From the NCBI RefSeq assembly GCF_009914755.1, contig NC_060927.1: 64,000 bases of DNA; one strand, written 5' to 3'. Every line of letters starts with the position of its first letter. Position 1 is the stretch's first letter. The position numbers and the translations under genes are program-made. Below are positions 31,436-45,300 of this stretch, piece after piece. Source of the stretch: the human T2T-CHM13v2.0 reference genome, Homo sapiens. Below the pieces are notes generated by a model. That model did no database searches and was not told the DNA's origin. It saw nothing but the letters and a program-made list of their open reading frames with translations.

Positions 31436-34078
31436 TTTAGTGACCTCTATAGAAACATTATTCTTCAATCACCTTCCAGTTTTCCAAACCAAGGGGAAGC
31501 TACCAGTGGGCGGGAATGGGCCATGGCCAGCTTGGGGTCCTCTGACTGTGCTGGGGGAAGGGAGGCCTCCCTTGTTTCTTCCTGCAGCCTTGGGGAGTCC
31601 TTTCATATGCATCTGCCCAGGCTAGGGGATTAGGCAAATGCAGGCCACAATTTGCAAAACAGCACGTCTGTCACGTTTGCTGCAGGAAATTTTCATGGGG
31701 ACTCTTGTTAACTGGTGAGACTGCAGTGCTCTGATGAGGACAGGTCTCAAGTGTGGATCAGCCTTTTGGATAAGCATGAATCCTGTTTGCCTACTCCTTA
31801 GCCTCCCAGGGGTGGGGCACTACTTCCAATGAACCAGGGTTTGAACAAAAGCTGGGATTTGTTTTCCAGTGTGAAATCTAGCAGGAAGATGTCTGTGTTT
31901 AAATCAAGGCCCCAGCCCCTCACCCCCACTACCTCAGACCCTCCCAGCTCTTCTAGTGCCACCTGCAGTCTGGGGTGAGGGTGTCAATGTGTGTTTGGAG
32001 GGTAGAGGCGTGAGGGCAGAGAGGACTTTGTATTGGGTATTACCCCAGAGCAGGAAAGGGTTATTCAGTTAAACATTCATTAACTTATCACCTACTTTGC
32101 ACCTAGCCGGACGCTAGACACAGGCGGAGCTGAGGGAGAGGCAATAGGGGACTGGGGTCTTTTGCTTCAAGAAACAGAGTCTATAGAGGAATAAAGGGCT
32201 ATGCACAGCTGCACTGCAAAGCTAAATACAAGCACGCAAAGAAAAGTTCACAGGTGTTTTTGTCCCAGCAATAGAAGGCTGCATTCCAGGCCACCGGCCC
32301 TCACATTTCTAGCCTCAGGCTTTTAGAGACATTCCAGCCACTTACCTGCAAGACTTCCTAAGCAACATACCCTGTCCAGAAGAGAAAACAAAACTGCACC
32401 TGCCTGAGAGATAAGAAGCATATATTTATGTCTTTCATCCTTCTCTCAGAGGCAATTTACTACGATGGAGGCTCTAAGAGAATAAAGAAAGGCATGAGGG
32501 ACCCAGTCTGCTGCTGCTTCGATTTGTCCTTGGCTCTCGTGGTGACCTGGCTTGAAGGAAAACCTCAGTTGGAGGCTGATGTATGAAGAATGAACAAATG
32601 AATGAATAATGATACACAGATGAGCATATCACAGCCCTGCTGCATAGGGACTCTACGGGGCAAAATTCAGAGTTCTCAATCACACAATTAGCCACCTGCT
32701 TGAGCAGATTCAAGATCAATGCTTTCTTCCGGGCACTGTACTGGCTTCACTCAGAACAAGTCCCACGTTGAGGAGAAAGACCAGCATCTTGACTGGGTGA
32801 GAGTGTAACTCACATTCTTGAACTCACACTTTTCTAGTGTCAAAAATTACCAACCGCACGGAAAGATTTGCCCTGTAGGTCTCCTCAGAGAGTGCAGCTG
32901 AGATTGTCAGCGTGAAGACCAGGTGGCCTCTGAACTGCTTGTCTTAGCATTCAGGACCGCTATGACCTGCTCCTGCCTGCCCCTTCCTACCCTTGACACT
33001 CAGAACCCACCTCACCCACTGCTCTTCTTCACACACAGCTCACTTGACCTTGGCACGTTCTTCTCAGCTGCGCCCATGTTCCCCACCGCCTAGACTTGGC
33101 TCATGGGTGGACTTCCATGACCTCTGCCTGCTTAGTCTTTAGCCCCCCACAGAAGTCCTCACCAAATGAAGTTTCCTCCAGTCCCTCCACTTGACAGGAA
33201 CTTCTCTCCACTGTGTTAGCGGGGTATGGTGAGTGTAGCTCTGTGAGTTGGAGGCTCTGTGCATGCAGTGGAGCCAGCAGAGCCCACACAGACTGGCGAG
33301 CCCGTGGACTTCAGACATGTATGTGGACCAGCTGATTTGCTTCAGGGAAAGGGGCCCTGGGTACTTTGGTTCTTCATGTGTTTGGATCACTGATTGAGAT
33401 GAAGACAAGGTGCTATTAATTCAGGAGAGGTAGAGAGAGGCTGCAGGCCAGGGTAGTGTGAGATCCTAAAGGACTGAGAATGTCCCACTGTGGCTCTCCC
33501 ATGCCCTTGTCCCGGGAATTGTTCCTTATGCTAATAGAGTGTGGATTGATTTTCTTCCACAACAGCCAGGTAAGGGTGTGCAGGGTTTACACAGCACAAG
33601 GACACCTGGCCACGGGGCCAAATGGGGATGGAATCCCAACCACCCTCCACGTCCTAAGCTATATGCTTGGATGGGGTTACCCAGACAGCAAAAGGGGCAC
33701 TGTTTTCTAATACACACAAAGATAAAGTGTGGGCTAGAGGCCTGCCCTAACATTTGCAGAGCCTGGGGCAAGAATGCAAATTAATCAATCTATTATTTAA
33801 AAGTTATAAAATAAGCCTAAAACTATTAACTAAAATATATTTTATCCTTCAGCCAAGACAAATAGATCTTTATAATAACATGAAGCCCATGTTCTAATTT
33901 AGAATTCTCAAAAGGGGAGCTTACCCCTAGCCCATGCCCAACCCCCTTCCCTTCCCTTCCCCAGCAATGTCCTTGCCCACAAGGACCATTATGCATCCCC
34001 ATCTGGACACAGCAGGGCACCCAGCTCAGAAGCCCAGGTCCTCTTCCAAATCCCTTGAATGCAAATATCCTGTGTTGC

Positions 34079-34246
34079 CCCTGGACCTAGGGGTGCACAC
34101 ACTGGCTGTGTATCCCTCGGTGGCCCCCGGGCTTAGGGGTGGGTGCACATGCTGGTTATATATCCCTTGGTGGTCCCTAGGCTTTGAGGTGCACGCACTG
34201 GCAGCATATCCTGGGCCTAGGGGTACACACGCTGGCTGTACAATCC
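34079..34246. repeat. Degenerate minisatellite, about 46-bp unit, 4 copies
   Basis: Recurring CCYRGRCYTAGGGGTGCACRCRCTGG..TATCC motif. Confidence 0.75.
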
Positions 34247-34866
34247 ATACTTGGGAGAACAAATCTGAGGAAAGACCCATGTAGGCCCCAGACCTGGCTA
34301 GTGGTGTTTTGACAGGGAATTCCAGATGCTCAGGGTAAGGACTAGACTGAGGAATGCAGGCTCCTGGTAGCCGTATGCCCTTGACTTGTTGGGCTCCTTG
34401 CCCATGGGCATGGGCATGGTCCTAGAAAGTGCTGGACTCCTCTAGCACAGGCCTAGGCGTGAGATTGCTGTACTGGTAGCAGCCGTAAGTGTTAAGTTCC
34501 ACAGCTGGGTAGGTGGGGAGAATGAGGTGGCAAGCGTGGGCCTTCATCTAGCAATCCCTTGTCTGCCCAAGGCCAGGTGATGACATTCAGTGGCTCATGT
34601 CTGCTGCTCTGTCCAGCTCTTTGATGTCAGGTGCCATGTCATTTTTGTACTCTTGGTAGCAACTATTAAAGCACTATCCTTCAAGGCATAAGTGTTCAAG
34701 GGGCAGTTCTAAAATGTGTCGTGATACACATCATGAAAATAACACTGGACTTGGAATCAGGACGCGTGGGTTCTCTCTCTGCTCTGCCACAGCTCACTCA
34801 GCTTAGGCTTATCATGTTTCCTCCCCAGGCCTTATATTTTCCCGTCTAGAAAATAAGGGTGTTGGT

Positions 34867-35199
34867 GGCCGGGCTGTGTGGCTCACGCCTGTAATCTTTG
34901 GGAGACCGAGGCGGGTGGATCACCTGAGGTCTGGAGTTCGAGACCAGCCTGACCAAGATGGAGAAACTCCATCTCTACTAAAAATACAAAATTAGCTGGG
35001 CGTGGTGGTGCATGCCTGTAATCCCAGCTACTTGGGAGGCTGAGGCAGGAGAATCGCTTGAACCCAGGAGGCAGAGGTGTGGTGAGCCGAGATAGTGCCA
35101 TTGCACTCCAGCCTGGGCAACAAGAGCAAACTCTGTCTCAGAAAAAAAAAAAAAAAAAAAAAAAGAAAAAAGAAAAGAAAAGAAACGAAAAGAAAAGAA
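34867..35199 (+). mobile_element. AluSp-like inserted in a MIR (about 34745-35250)
   Basis: GCCTGACCAAGATGGAGAAAC and GGGCAACAAGAGC Sp-type positions; TSD AAGGGTGTTGG. Confidence 0.93.
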
Positions 35200-35292
35200 A
35201 AGGGTGTTGGGCCGACAGTTTCCAAAGTTCCATTCGGATCTGAAGGTCTGTGGTTTATGACTCCTGCAAGCTAGTTTTCCTTATCTGTCCAT

Positions 35293-35456
35293 CTTTCTCA
35301 ACCCTAGGTACTCAGTACAATGACCCAGGAAGTTTTACCAAAAAATACCAGAGCCCAGGCCCTACCCCCAGAGATTCTGCTTCAGTTCTTCTGAGGCGTG
35401 GCCCAAGCCAAAGCTCCCCAGTGACTCCGAAGTGCAGCCGCGGCTGAGAAGCACTG
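35293..35456. mobile_element. MER5-family MITE
   Basis: TTCTCAACCCT..CCCAGAGATTCTGCTTCA..GCAGCCGCGGCTGAGAAGCACTG. Confidence 0.65.
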
Positions 35457-35519
35457 TTAGAGTTGGACGGCAGCTCTTGACTCCTCCCACTCCTCACCCA
35501 CATCCAGGGACAATGGAGC

Positions 35520-35970
35520 CGGACAGATGCCTGGCTGCAAAAGCAGAACAGCTGTAGGCAAGGCTAGACTCTGGGATCCTGGGGCGGGGGTCTCCTGCTC
35601 ACTCTCCAGGAAGATGGGAATAAAGAGACCCAATTTCCTGGCCTCAGGCTCCTCGCCTCCCTATCCATCTTCCCATCCTCCAGCTGAGAGCCTAGGGGGA
35701 GGAGGAGGGAGAGCAGGCAGCTGCCTAATCTGGGGAGATTTTCTCAGGGGTGGGGGAGGCTGACTTTTGGCTCCAGTCTTCCTCCGCCCTCACAGCTGGA
35801 GCAGCCAGAGTGAGCGCGCTGGGGCTGGGATCTCAGCTGCTGGCAGTTGTTCCCATGTTCTGTCCCTGACAGCTGCAAATCTGCTGACGTGTTGCATGTG
35901 TGTGTGTCCACATGCGAGCGTGGACTCCAGCAGAACAAATAAGAATAATAAGCAGAACAAATAAGAGGTA
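35520..35970. promoter_or_regulatory. Candidate bHLH enhancer (E-box cluster)
   Basis: Six CAGCTG at 35549, 35681, 35718, 35793, 35834 and 35870 in unique sequence. Confidence 0.5.
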
Positions 35971-36124
35971 GAATGTGGAGCCCAGGAGGTTGCCTGTTCT
36001 TCCTAGACTTCAAGTTACCCCTGAAGCCTTCCCTGACCCCCAGCTTCCTCCAGGCTGTAGCTCCCACGAGCCCCTCGTGCTTCCCCTCATTGAGAGTCCA
36101 TGCTAGCAGCGGATTCGATGATTC

Positions 36125-36368
36125 CAATAGCTACATTTACTGAGCGGGTCCTGGGTGCCAGGCATTCTCCTAAGCAGGGTAGATTAATGGTTCTATTTAA
36201 CCCTCAGAATAACCTTATGAAGCAAGCATTATGATTATTTCTATTTTATAGATGAGGAAACCAAGAAAAGATATGTTAACATTTAATCCAAGATCACACA
36301 GCTGCGAAGATTCAAAGTCAGGCAGCCTGGTGCCAAAACGTGAGCTCTTTAACACGTTGCTATTCTGC
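36125..36368 (-). mobile_element. MIR, near full length
   Basis: AGCTACATTTACTGAGC..GTGCCAGGCA..ATTTTATAGATGAGGAAAC..CAAGATCACACAGCT. Confidence 0.8.
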
Positions 36369-36761
36369 CTGCTGTTGGTGATTGATCACAGGTGAAGGCC
36401 TGTTCCAATAAATGAGGTCTCTCAGCCCTGACATTCTAACAGTGGTGTTGCTTGTAGAGACACACATTTTATACTTTGAGTTTTTTTTGTTGTTGTTGTT
36501 TAGATCAGAGTTTATCTTGGACAATATTGGCTGAGTTCATAAGCCAAAGTCAGAAGCACCTGTCATCATCCTGTGGGGCTCTGCTTCTGGGTGGACTGTA
36601 GGAGAAGTCCTGAGAGGAGAATGGTCTGGGCAGCATTGCCAGAACTGGGCTACAAAACAAGATTGTAAAACCACTGAACAAGAGAACCCCCGATGGTGGT
36701 GCAGAATGTGTGGGGCCTGCACCCTCCAGCTTGCAAAGGCTTCTGTTCCCTGGACACCTGA

Positions 36762-37174
<413 letters not shown>

Positions 37175-37622
37175 CTAAGATGGTGAGAGGCTCGGGGGCA
37201 GGGAGGGGCAGAATACAGCTTGTAACCTGATGTCCATAAAGCTTTTTGGTCCTGGGGTGTTTTTTGCTGAGCATACTGACCGAATATGTGCATGACTGTA
37301 GGGATGGGGCATCTATGAGACGGAAGTAACCATGAGAACAGCTATTAAACAAATGAAAACAGGTCGGCCATTCACTGCAGAGTTCAACTGATGCCTTCCC
37401 GGAAATCTCATTTGAACCCCCAACTTGCTTTTATGAGTTTAATCCTCTTCATCCCCTCTCCTTAGCCAAGTTTCATTCCCATTTGTTTAATTACCAGTTG
37501 TATGAACAAGTCCTTCCATTTTCTCTTACTAGGTTTTACATTTTCATTCATTGACACATTATAAAAATTAAAGTTCTTTACTAGAGAGAGGTGAATTCTG
37601 CTTCAGAAGAGTGAGTTTTTAT

Positions 37623-37798
37623 GGGGTGTCAAAATTTAATGTGGATAAGAATGCACCATGGAATCACCAGGGTGTCTGGTTAAAATGCCGATGTGGCTTC
37701 CATCGGTCTGGGAGGTGGCCTAGGATTTTACGTTTCCAAGAAGCTTCCAGGTGATGACAATGTTCCTGGTCCACAGACCACACGTCGAGGTGCAAGGT
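37623..37798 (-). mobile_element. MER5A
   Basis: GAATCACCAGGG..GTTAAAATGC..AGCTTCCAGGTGATG..TGGTCCACAGACCACAC..GCAAGG. Confidence 0.7.
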
Positions 37799-39245
37799 TG
37801 TAGAGAGCCTGTGAGACAAACCACATTAACCTGAAGACTAGAGACCAAATAGCCATTCAAGCAATGCATCTACACTCTAAACAGCCCTATGGGCAGGTAA
37901 GTACTGCAGCCTCATCCCCGTGGGGAGCCTGGACCAGCCTCACTCGGCTTCTCTTTCAAATGAGCCCATCTGTTGACAGGCTGCACCTGCATTCACATCT
38001 CTGCACCTGCATCTCTGCTCAGGTACATTTTTGTCCTAAATCCCTGAAGCCAGGCTTTGTAAAAAGCCTGAGCTGGCTAAAGAATTGCTAGGAAGAGGAG
38101 GCGAGATGGTGTGCCAGGGGCATAGCGAGGAACGGGGGACTGGTGGGCCATGCCGCGCAGTGCCTGGATGGCCATGGTTGCCGAGTTTTGAGTGCAGGAG
38201 TAATATAATCTGATTTTTACTTTAAGAGGTATTCTCTGACTTTCGTTAGAATGGACTGGAAAATGGGACGGGGGAATAGAAACCGGAAGGGGAGGTAAGT
38301 GGCTGTTGAAGTTCCAGGTGGGAGAAGGTGGCTGGACTGAGGAAGGCAGCAGCAGAGCTGAAGAAATGCATGTCTAGAACTTCCCTGTTTATACTCGGGC
38401 CTCTTGAGAACAGGGAATGTGCTTTACCCATTTGCCTGCCTTCTTCAGTCAAGCTTCATGAGTGGTAACACCCAGCAGCTGTAATTCTCTCAGTTCCCAC
38501 TCGCATATTCATCTGCAGCAGCCTGGTTCTGCCCTGCAGTTCTATTGGAACTGCTCTGTCAGAGACCACCTGGGATCCTCACAGAGTAAAATAACCTCAT
38601 TTAAAAATTCTGTCTCGCCACTTCTATTCAACATGGTATGGGGGTCCTAGCCGGTTTAATAAGTCATGCAAAAAACAAGGCATACACCTTGGAACAGAAG
38701 AAATAAAACCATTTTTTTGTGAACAATGTGATCATATATGTAGAAAATCCTAAGGAATTTTCAAAAAGCTACTAGAACTGATAAATGAATTCGACAGTGT
38801 CTCAGAATATAAGGTTAATATGTAGAAATCAATTGTATTTCTATATGCCGGCAAAGAACAACCCAAAAAATAAAACTTCAGAAATTCCATTGACAGTAGC
38901 ATAAAAATATTTAGGAATAAATTTAATAAAAGATATTTTAGACTTATACACTGAAAACTACAACATATTGCTGAGAGAAATTAAAGAATACCTGAATAAA
39001 CAGAGAGATATGCCATGTTATTGCTTGGAGGTCTCAATGTTTTTAATTAAAGATGGTAATTATTTTTAAATTAATCTATATATTTAATGAAATCACAATA
39101 AAAATCCCAGTAGACATTTTTGTAGGAATTGACAAGCTGATCCTAAAATTCATTTGAAAAGACAAATAACCTAGATTAAACAGAACAATTAAAAAAATTT
39201 TTTTTAATTGTGGTAAAATACACACGAAATTTACCAACTTAATAA

Positions 39246-39674
<429 letters not shown>

Positions 39675-39892
39675 TAAATTCAACATCCTTTAACTTCCCA
39701 TTCCCCTCGACTCTCAACTCCTGGCAACCATCATTCTAATTTCTGTCTCTAAGGAAATGACAACTCTAGTTACCTCACATAAGTGGAATTATACATTTGT
39801 CTTTTTGTGATGGACTTACTTCATTTCACATGACCTCGATATTTAACCACATTGTAGTATGTGTCAAAATTTCCTTCTTTTTATAGTCCACT

Positions 39893-39950
39893 GTGTGTGT
39901 ATGTATGTATGTATGTATGTATGTGTATGTATGTATGTATGTATGTGTAT
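39893..39950. repeat. (TATG)n/(TG)n microsatellite
   Basis: Direct reading. Confidence 0.95.
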
Positions 39951-42348
39951 ACATACCACATTTTGTTTTTTCATTTGTAGATGGACACTTGAGTTGCCTC
40001 CACCCTTTGGCTATTGTGAATAATGCTGCTATGTACATGGGTATACAAATATCTCTTCCAGCCCCTTTGATTCTTTTGGGTATATATGCAGAAGTAGAAT
40101 TGCTGAGTCATATGGTAATTCTATTTCTAATACGTGAGGAAACACCATACTATTTTTCAAAGTAGCTGCATCATTTAATTTTCCACCAACAGTATACAAG
40201 GGATCTAGTTTCTCTATATCCTCACTGACATGTTATTATGATTATTTTTGATAGTAGCCATCCTAATGGGTGTGAGGTGGTAGCTCAGTGAGGTTCTGAT
40301 TTGCATTTCTTTACTGGTTAGTTACATTTGAGCATCTTTAATGTGCTTAATGGACATTTGTATATCTTCTTTGGAAAAACATCTATTTGTCCTGTGACAC
40401 AAAACAATTTTTTTAAATAATCAAGTTAACAATTTATGCTACCTGATTATAAGACTTACTATAAAACTCAGTAATTAACAGTGTGGTATTAGATAACAAT
40501 GAATCAATAGAGTGGAATTGAGAGTCTAGAAATAGATCCTTACTTTTATATGGTCAAATAATTTTGATAAAGATACCAGGGTAATTCAATAGGGAAAAAC
40601 ATAGTCTATTTTTATAAGTGATCTTGAAATCACTGAATAGTTATAAAAGATATTACTCTTGACCCTTTCCTTATACCATATACAAAAATTAATTCAAAAT
40701 GGATTACAGGACTAAAACTATAAAACTTCTAGGAGAAAGTGAAGAAATTTTTTTTTAATAATTTTGGGTTAAGCAGATTCCTTAGGAAGCAGAAAATACA
40801 AATTATAAAAGAAAAAAACTTAGTCATTAGGCTTCATCGAAATTTAAAAATTTGTTCAGTGACAGGAAATGAAAGGTCACGGATTGGGAGAAAATATTTG
40901 CAAACTATCTGATTTGAATTAAGAATATATAAAGAACCCTTATAACTTAATAGCAAGAGAAACTACCCAATTAAAAGATTGGCAAAAGATATGAACAAAT
41001 GTTTCACCAAAGAAGATATATGAATAGTCCAAAAGCACATAAAAAATGTTCAACACCACTGGTATTAGGGCAATACAAATTAAAATTAAAACCACAATAA
41101 GATCTAATTATATGCCTGCTAGGAAAATTAAAAAACAAAACAAAACAATATGGAGTGTTGATAAAGGCATAGAGAAACTGGGATCCTTGTAAGTTGCTAG
41201 TGGAAAGGTAAAATGGTAGAGCCTTTTTGCAAAAGTTTGGCATTTTCCTTTAAAAGTAAACACGTGCTTGCCATGCAACCCAGCAATTCTGCCCCTAGGT
41301 ATTCACCCAAGAGAAATGAAAATCTGTGTCCTACCAAAGAGTTGTAAGTCAATATCCGTTGCAGGATTATTCATCATAACACTAAATGGAAGCAATGGCA
41401 ATGTCTGTCAGTTGATGAATGGTTAAACAAAATGTGGTCTATTCATACAGTGAAAAACTATGCTCCAGAAGAAAGAAATATGTTACAAATTCAGGCAACA
41501 ACATGAAGAAATCTCAAAAACAGGTTAAAAGAAAGAAGGCAGACACAAAGGACTACATGATTCCATTTGTATGAAATTTCTAAAAATGGCAAAACTCTAA
41601 TGATAAAAGCATATCTGTGGTTGTCTGGGGCTGGTCTTGGGATCAGGGATCAACGGCAAAGTGGTGTGAGGGAAATTTTTGTGGCAATGAAAATGTTTTA
41701 AAACTTGAGTGTGGTAGTGGTTACAGGACTGTATAAATTCACTAAAACTCAGTGACCCATATGCTTCAAATGAATGAATTTTATGGCATGTAATTTATGC
41801 CACAGTAAATTGGTTTAGAAAAGTCTTTTAATACATGAAACACCTACTAAAACAAATGAATTAAAAAAAAAAAACCCCCACAAAACTCTTGGCTTTGAAT
41901 GACTGTGGTTCTGCCCTTTCCTGGTTCTCCTCATGCCTCCGGGATGAGTTGCAGTCTCTTTCATGGAACGCTCTCTTCTGCTAACCCGGTAATGAGTGTT
42001 GCCTCTCAGGATCCAGCCTTTGGCCACTGCTTTCTAATGCCAGAGCTCCTCTCTGCATCATTTCACTCATACTCCTGCTTTTCACAATGATCAAGTGACT
42101 GTCAGGGGTATGTTCCTATCCTGACCTCTTCTCTGAGCTTCAGACTCATTGATTCAGGTGGTTTTGTTTTTGTTAGTGTTTTTTTTTTTTTTCCTTCAGG
42201 ATATCATTAGCTGGTGCCTGTGATAATGGACACCACATACTCCATTGATACAACATTTGACTCATCTTTCTCCTCCTTTACCTTCTCTTCCTCTCACATC
42301 CTTCATCTGTCTTAGTGTCACCACCATCCACACAAACATTCAAGCTAG

Positions 42349-42692
<344 letters not shown>

Positions 42693-42702
42693 CCAGACCT
42701 GG

Positions 42703-43615
42703 TTTTTATTTTATTTTTGTTTTAAAATAAAGTTTACATAGAAAAAAATGCTCAGGTTTTAATGTTTAGTATGATTAATTTTGACAATCATACACATTCA
42801 TGTCATAATCCTCAAAATAAAATATAAGACATTTCTATTCTTTGAGGAAGTTCCCTCATGCCTCTAACTGGTCAACAACCCCCCACCTAACACCCCAAAA
42901 CACTTACATAAACCCACAAACTGGTGTCTAACATTATATATTCGTTTGTCTACATTTGGATTTCATGTAAATGGAATCATACAGTGTGTACTATTCTGGG
43001 TCTGGTTTCCTTCACTTCCCATAATGGTTTTGCCAGTCATCCATGTTACACTGAATATATAAATAGTTTGTTCCTTTCTATTGCTTAGTGATATTCCATT
43101 ATATGGACATACCATAGGTTGTTTATCCATGTACTTCCTGGTGGACATCTGGGTTGCTGCCAGTTCTTCAATATTTGAATAAGACTGCCATAAACATTCT
43201 TTACAATTTTATTGGGAACATATTTTTCTTATACAAGTCTGTATAAACATAGTTTTCTTGGGCAAATACCTAGCAGTGGAATTGCTTGCTTATAGGGTAG
43301 ATGTACACTTATAAGACACTCTCAGAGTCCTTCAAAGAGTTTCTGCCATTGGCCTCTCCCACCAGCAGTGCATGAGAGTTCCAGGTTCCTCACATTCCCA
43401 CCAGCACTTGGTATGATCATTTGTTTTGATTTTAGCCATTCTAAGGGGTATGAACTGCTGTCTTACTGTAGTTTTAACTCGCATTTCCCTGATATTTAAT
43501 GTTGAACACTCTTTCATGTGCTTAATTGGGCATTATCTTCTTTTGTGAAGTGCCTGTTCAAGTCTTTTGACCCTTGCCTTATTGAATCATTTGTCTCTGT
43601 ATCTTCTATTTGTTG
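42703..43615 (-). mobile_element. L1ME-type 3' fragment between L2 pieces
   Basis: TAAATGGAATCATACAG..; minus-strand peptide IREMRVKTTVRQQFIP..CWWECEEPGTLMHCWWE resembles the ORF2p C-terminus. Confidence 0.85.
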
Positions 43616-44859
43616 GACAGTCTTGTTAATTTTTAAATCCAAAATATTTCTCCTTTTGGTCCCTTCCTTTCCACCCTGCTACCACTGAGCTAGCTCAGGG
43701 TCTTCTCATGTCTCGACTAAACAATTCTGACTCGTTTCTTTGCCACTAGTCCTACCCTCTTGTTTATGATGCCTTTGATGCAGGCAGAAAAATCTCTATA
43801 AATCAATCTATGTCATCCCTCTGTTTCCCATAACCAACAGGAAAACATCAGGCATTTCAGGTGACAATCAGGCCCCTCGTGTGTGTTCAGAGTGACTTCC
43901 TCAGCCTCATCTCCCTACACGCCCAGTCTCCTGATTTGCTGATGAGTAGTGCTAATCATTTGTACTTGGTGCTCTTCTTTTCCTTCCTCTTAAGAGTCAG
44001 GCCAATGACATCCCTTCTCAGAAGCCTTCTGTAAAGCCCCAGCCCGAGCTAGGTCCCTCCTCTGTGCTCCCTAAGCAATGGGGCATCCATCCACACAGTC
44101 CCAACCTGTGGCAAGAGCACAGCAAGTGCTGGCTCACTGAACGAGGCATCGATTTCCTAGACTGTGATATCAGGAAAAAGCTGCTCATGGTTTTAACAAT
44201 GACAAAAGTGTGTGTGGAGAGATAGGCAGAAGCGGGTGAGATGAATAGGCCGAGTTCCCTCGAGTCACACCGCAGGCACCCTCTCTGCCGGGAAGAGTGG
44301 GAGTGTGGGGAAGGGCTGTTTGCTGTGCCCACCCTGTGGAGCAGTGCCCTCTGGGCTCTCCCTGTCCTGGTGACTGAGTCCCAGCAGTGGCCTGAGTCCA
44401 TGACAGAGGGGCCTGGGGAGCTGAAGGTGATCTGCTGCCTGTGAGCCCCAGGCTGTGCTACCCAGCTCTCTTGCTTGTCACCTTGCTAAAGACACAGCAA
44501 AGAGACCCCTCTTCTGTTCAACGGCCAGAGGCACAGTGTGGAGACTCCAAATCCAACTTGCAGGCACGCAGAACGATTCTGCCTTTGTCCCTTCTCTCTC
44601 ATTTTGGAGACCCCTGAGGGAGTTTGTTGTTAATCTGCCCACCTCTGATGCCAGTCTTCCCCGTTCACATTTAAGCATGTTTGAATAAGAAGCCAGGTGT
44701 TGGCGTTAGCAGCTCATTAAGTTATAGTAAGAGGAGGGAGGAATCGAAGACTCCCAGGCAGAGAGTGAAGCTTAGAAGATCAGGCCCTCCACCCTCCTCC
44801 ATGCTTGGTTCTTCTCCACAGCGTCTTTGTTTAGTGGGCTCTCCACCCCGACTGAAATC

Positions 44860-45300
44860 CCTGCAATGACAGGAACTCACCACCTCCTGGTACATCCCAC
44901 TCCACCTGGGACAGCTCTGACAAGGACAGGACTTCGCAATTTCGAGCTGCAATCGGTCCCCCTACGTATCCCCACCATAGTCCTGTTCTATGGTGGGCCC
45001 CCTCTGGGGCCCCAGAGAACAAAGTATGGGTCTTCCCCATGGCAGTCTCTCAGGTATGTGAAACCAGCCTTTCTGTTCTCCAAGGCTTTTCTTCTCCAGG
45101 CCAAAGGCCCTCCACTCCTACAAATCTTTTCCATGTGACATGGTTTCAGTTTCCCTCAGCAACCACCCTGCTGTTACCATGCCAGCTGCAAACTTGCCTT
45201 GGCCTCCAGGGGACTCACAGCTTGGACATTCTCATTATCCTCCCGAGTCGAGTCATCTCCCCAACTCAGCGTTTTTTATTTTGTTGTTTTCACTCAGTTG
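44860..45300 (-). mobile_element. L3/CR1 fragment
   Basis: TGACAGGAACTCACCACCTCC..CTTTTCTTCTCCAGGCCAAA..TGTGACATGGTTTC. Confidence 0.6.

Noticed and set aside
37396-37404. Isolated perfect GAS site TTCCCGGAA, and scattered AP-1 TGASTCA sites across the window
   Set aside because: Single short motifs without clustering are not informative
37885-37902. Perfect donor CAG|GTAAGT with a possible 12-nt microexon
   Set aside because: Acceptor lacks a pyrimidine tract; one perfect 9-mer in 64 kb is chance-level
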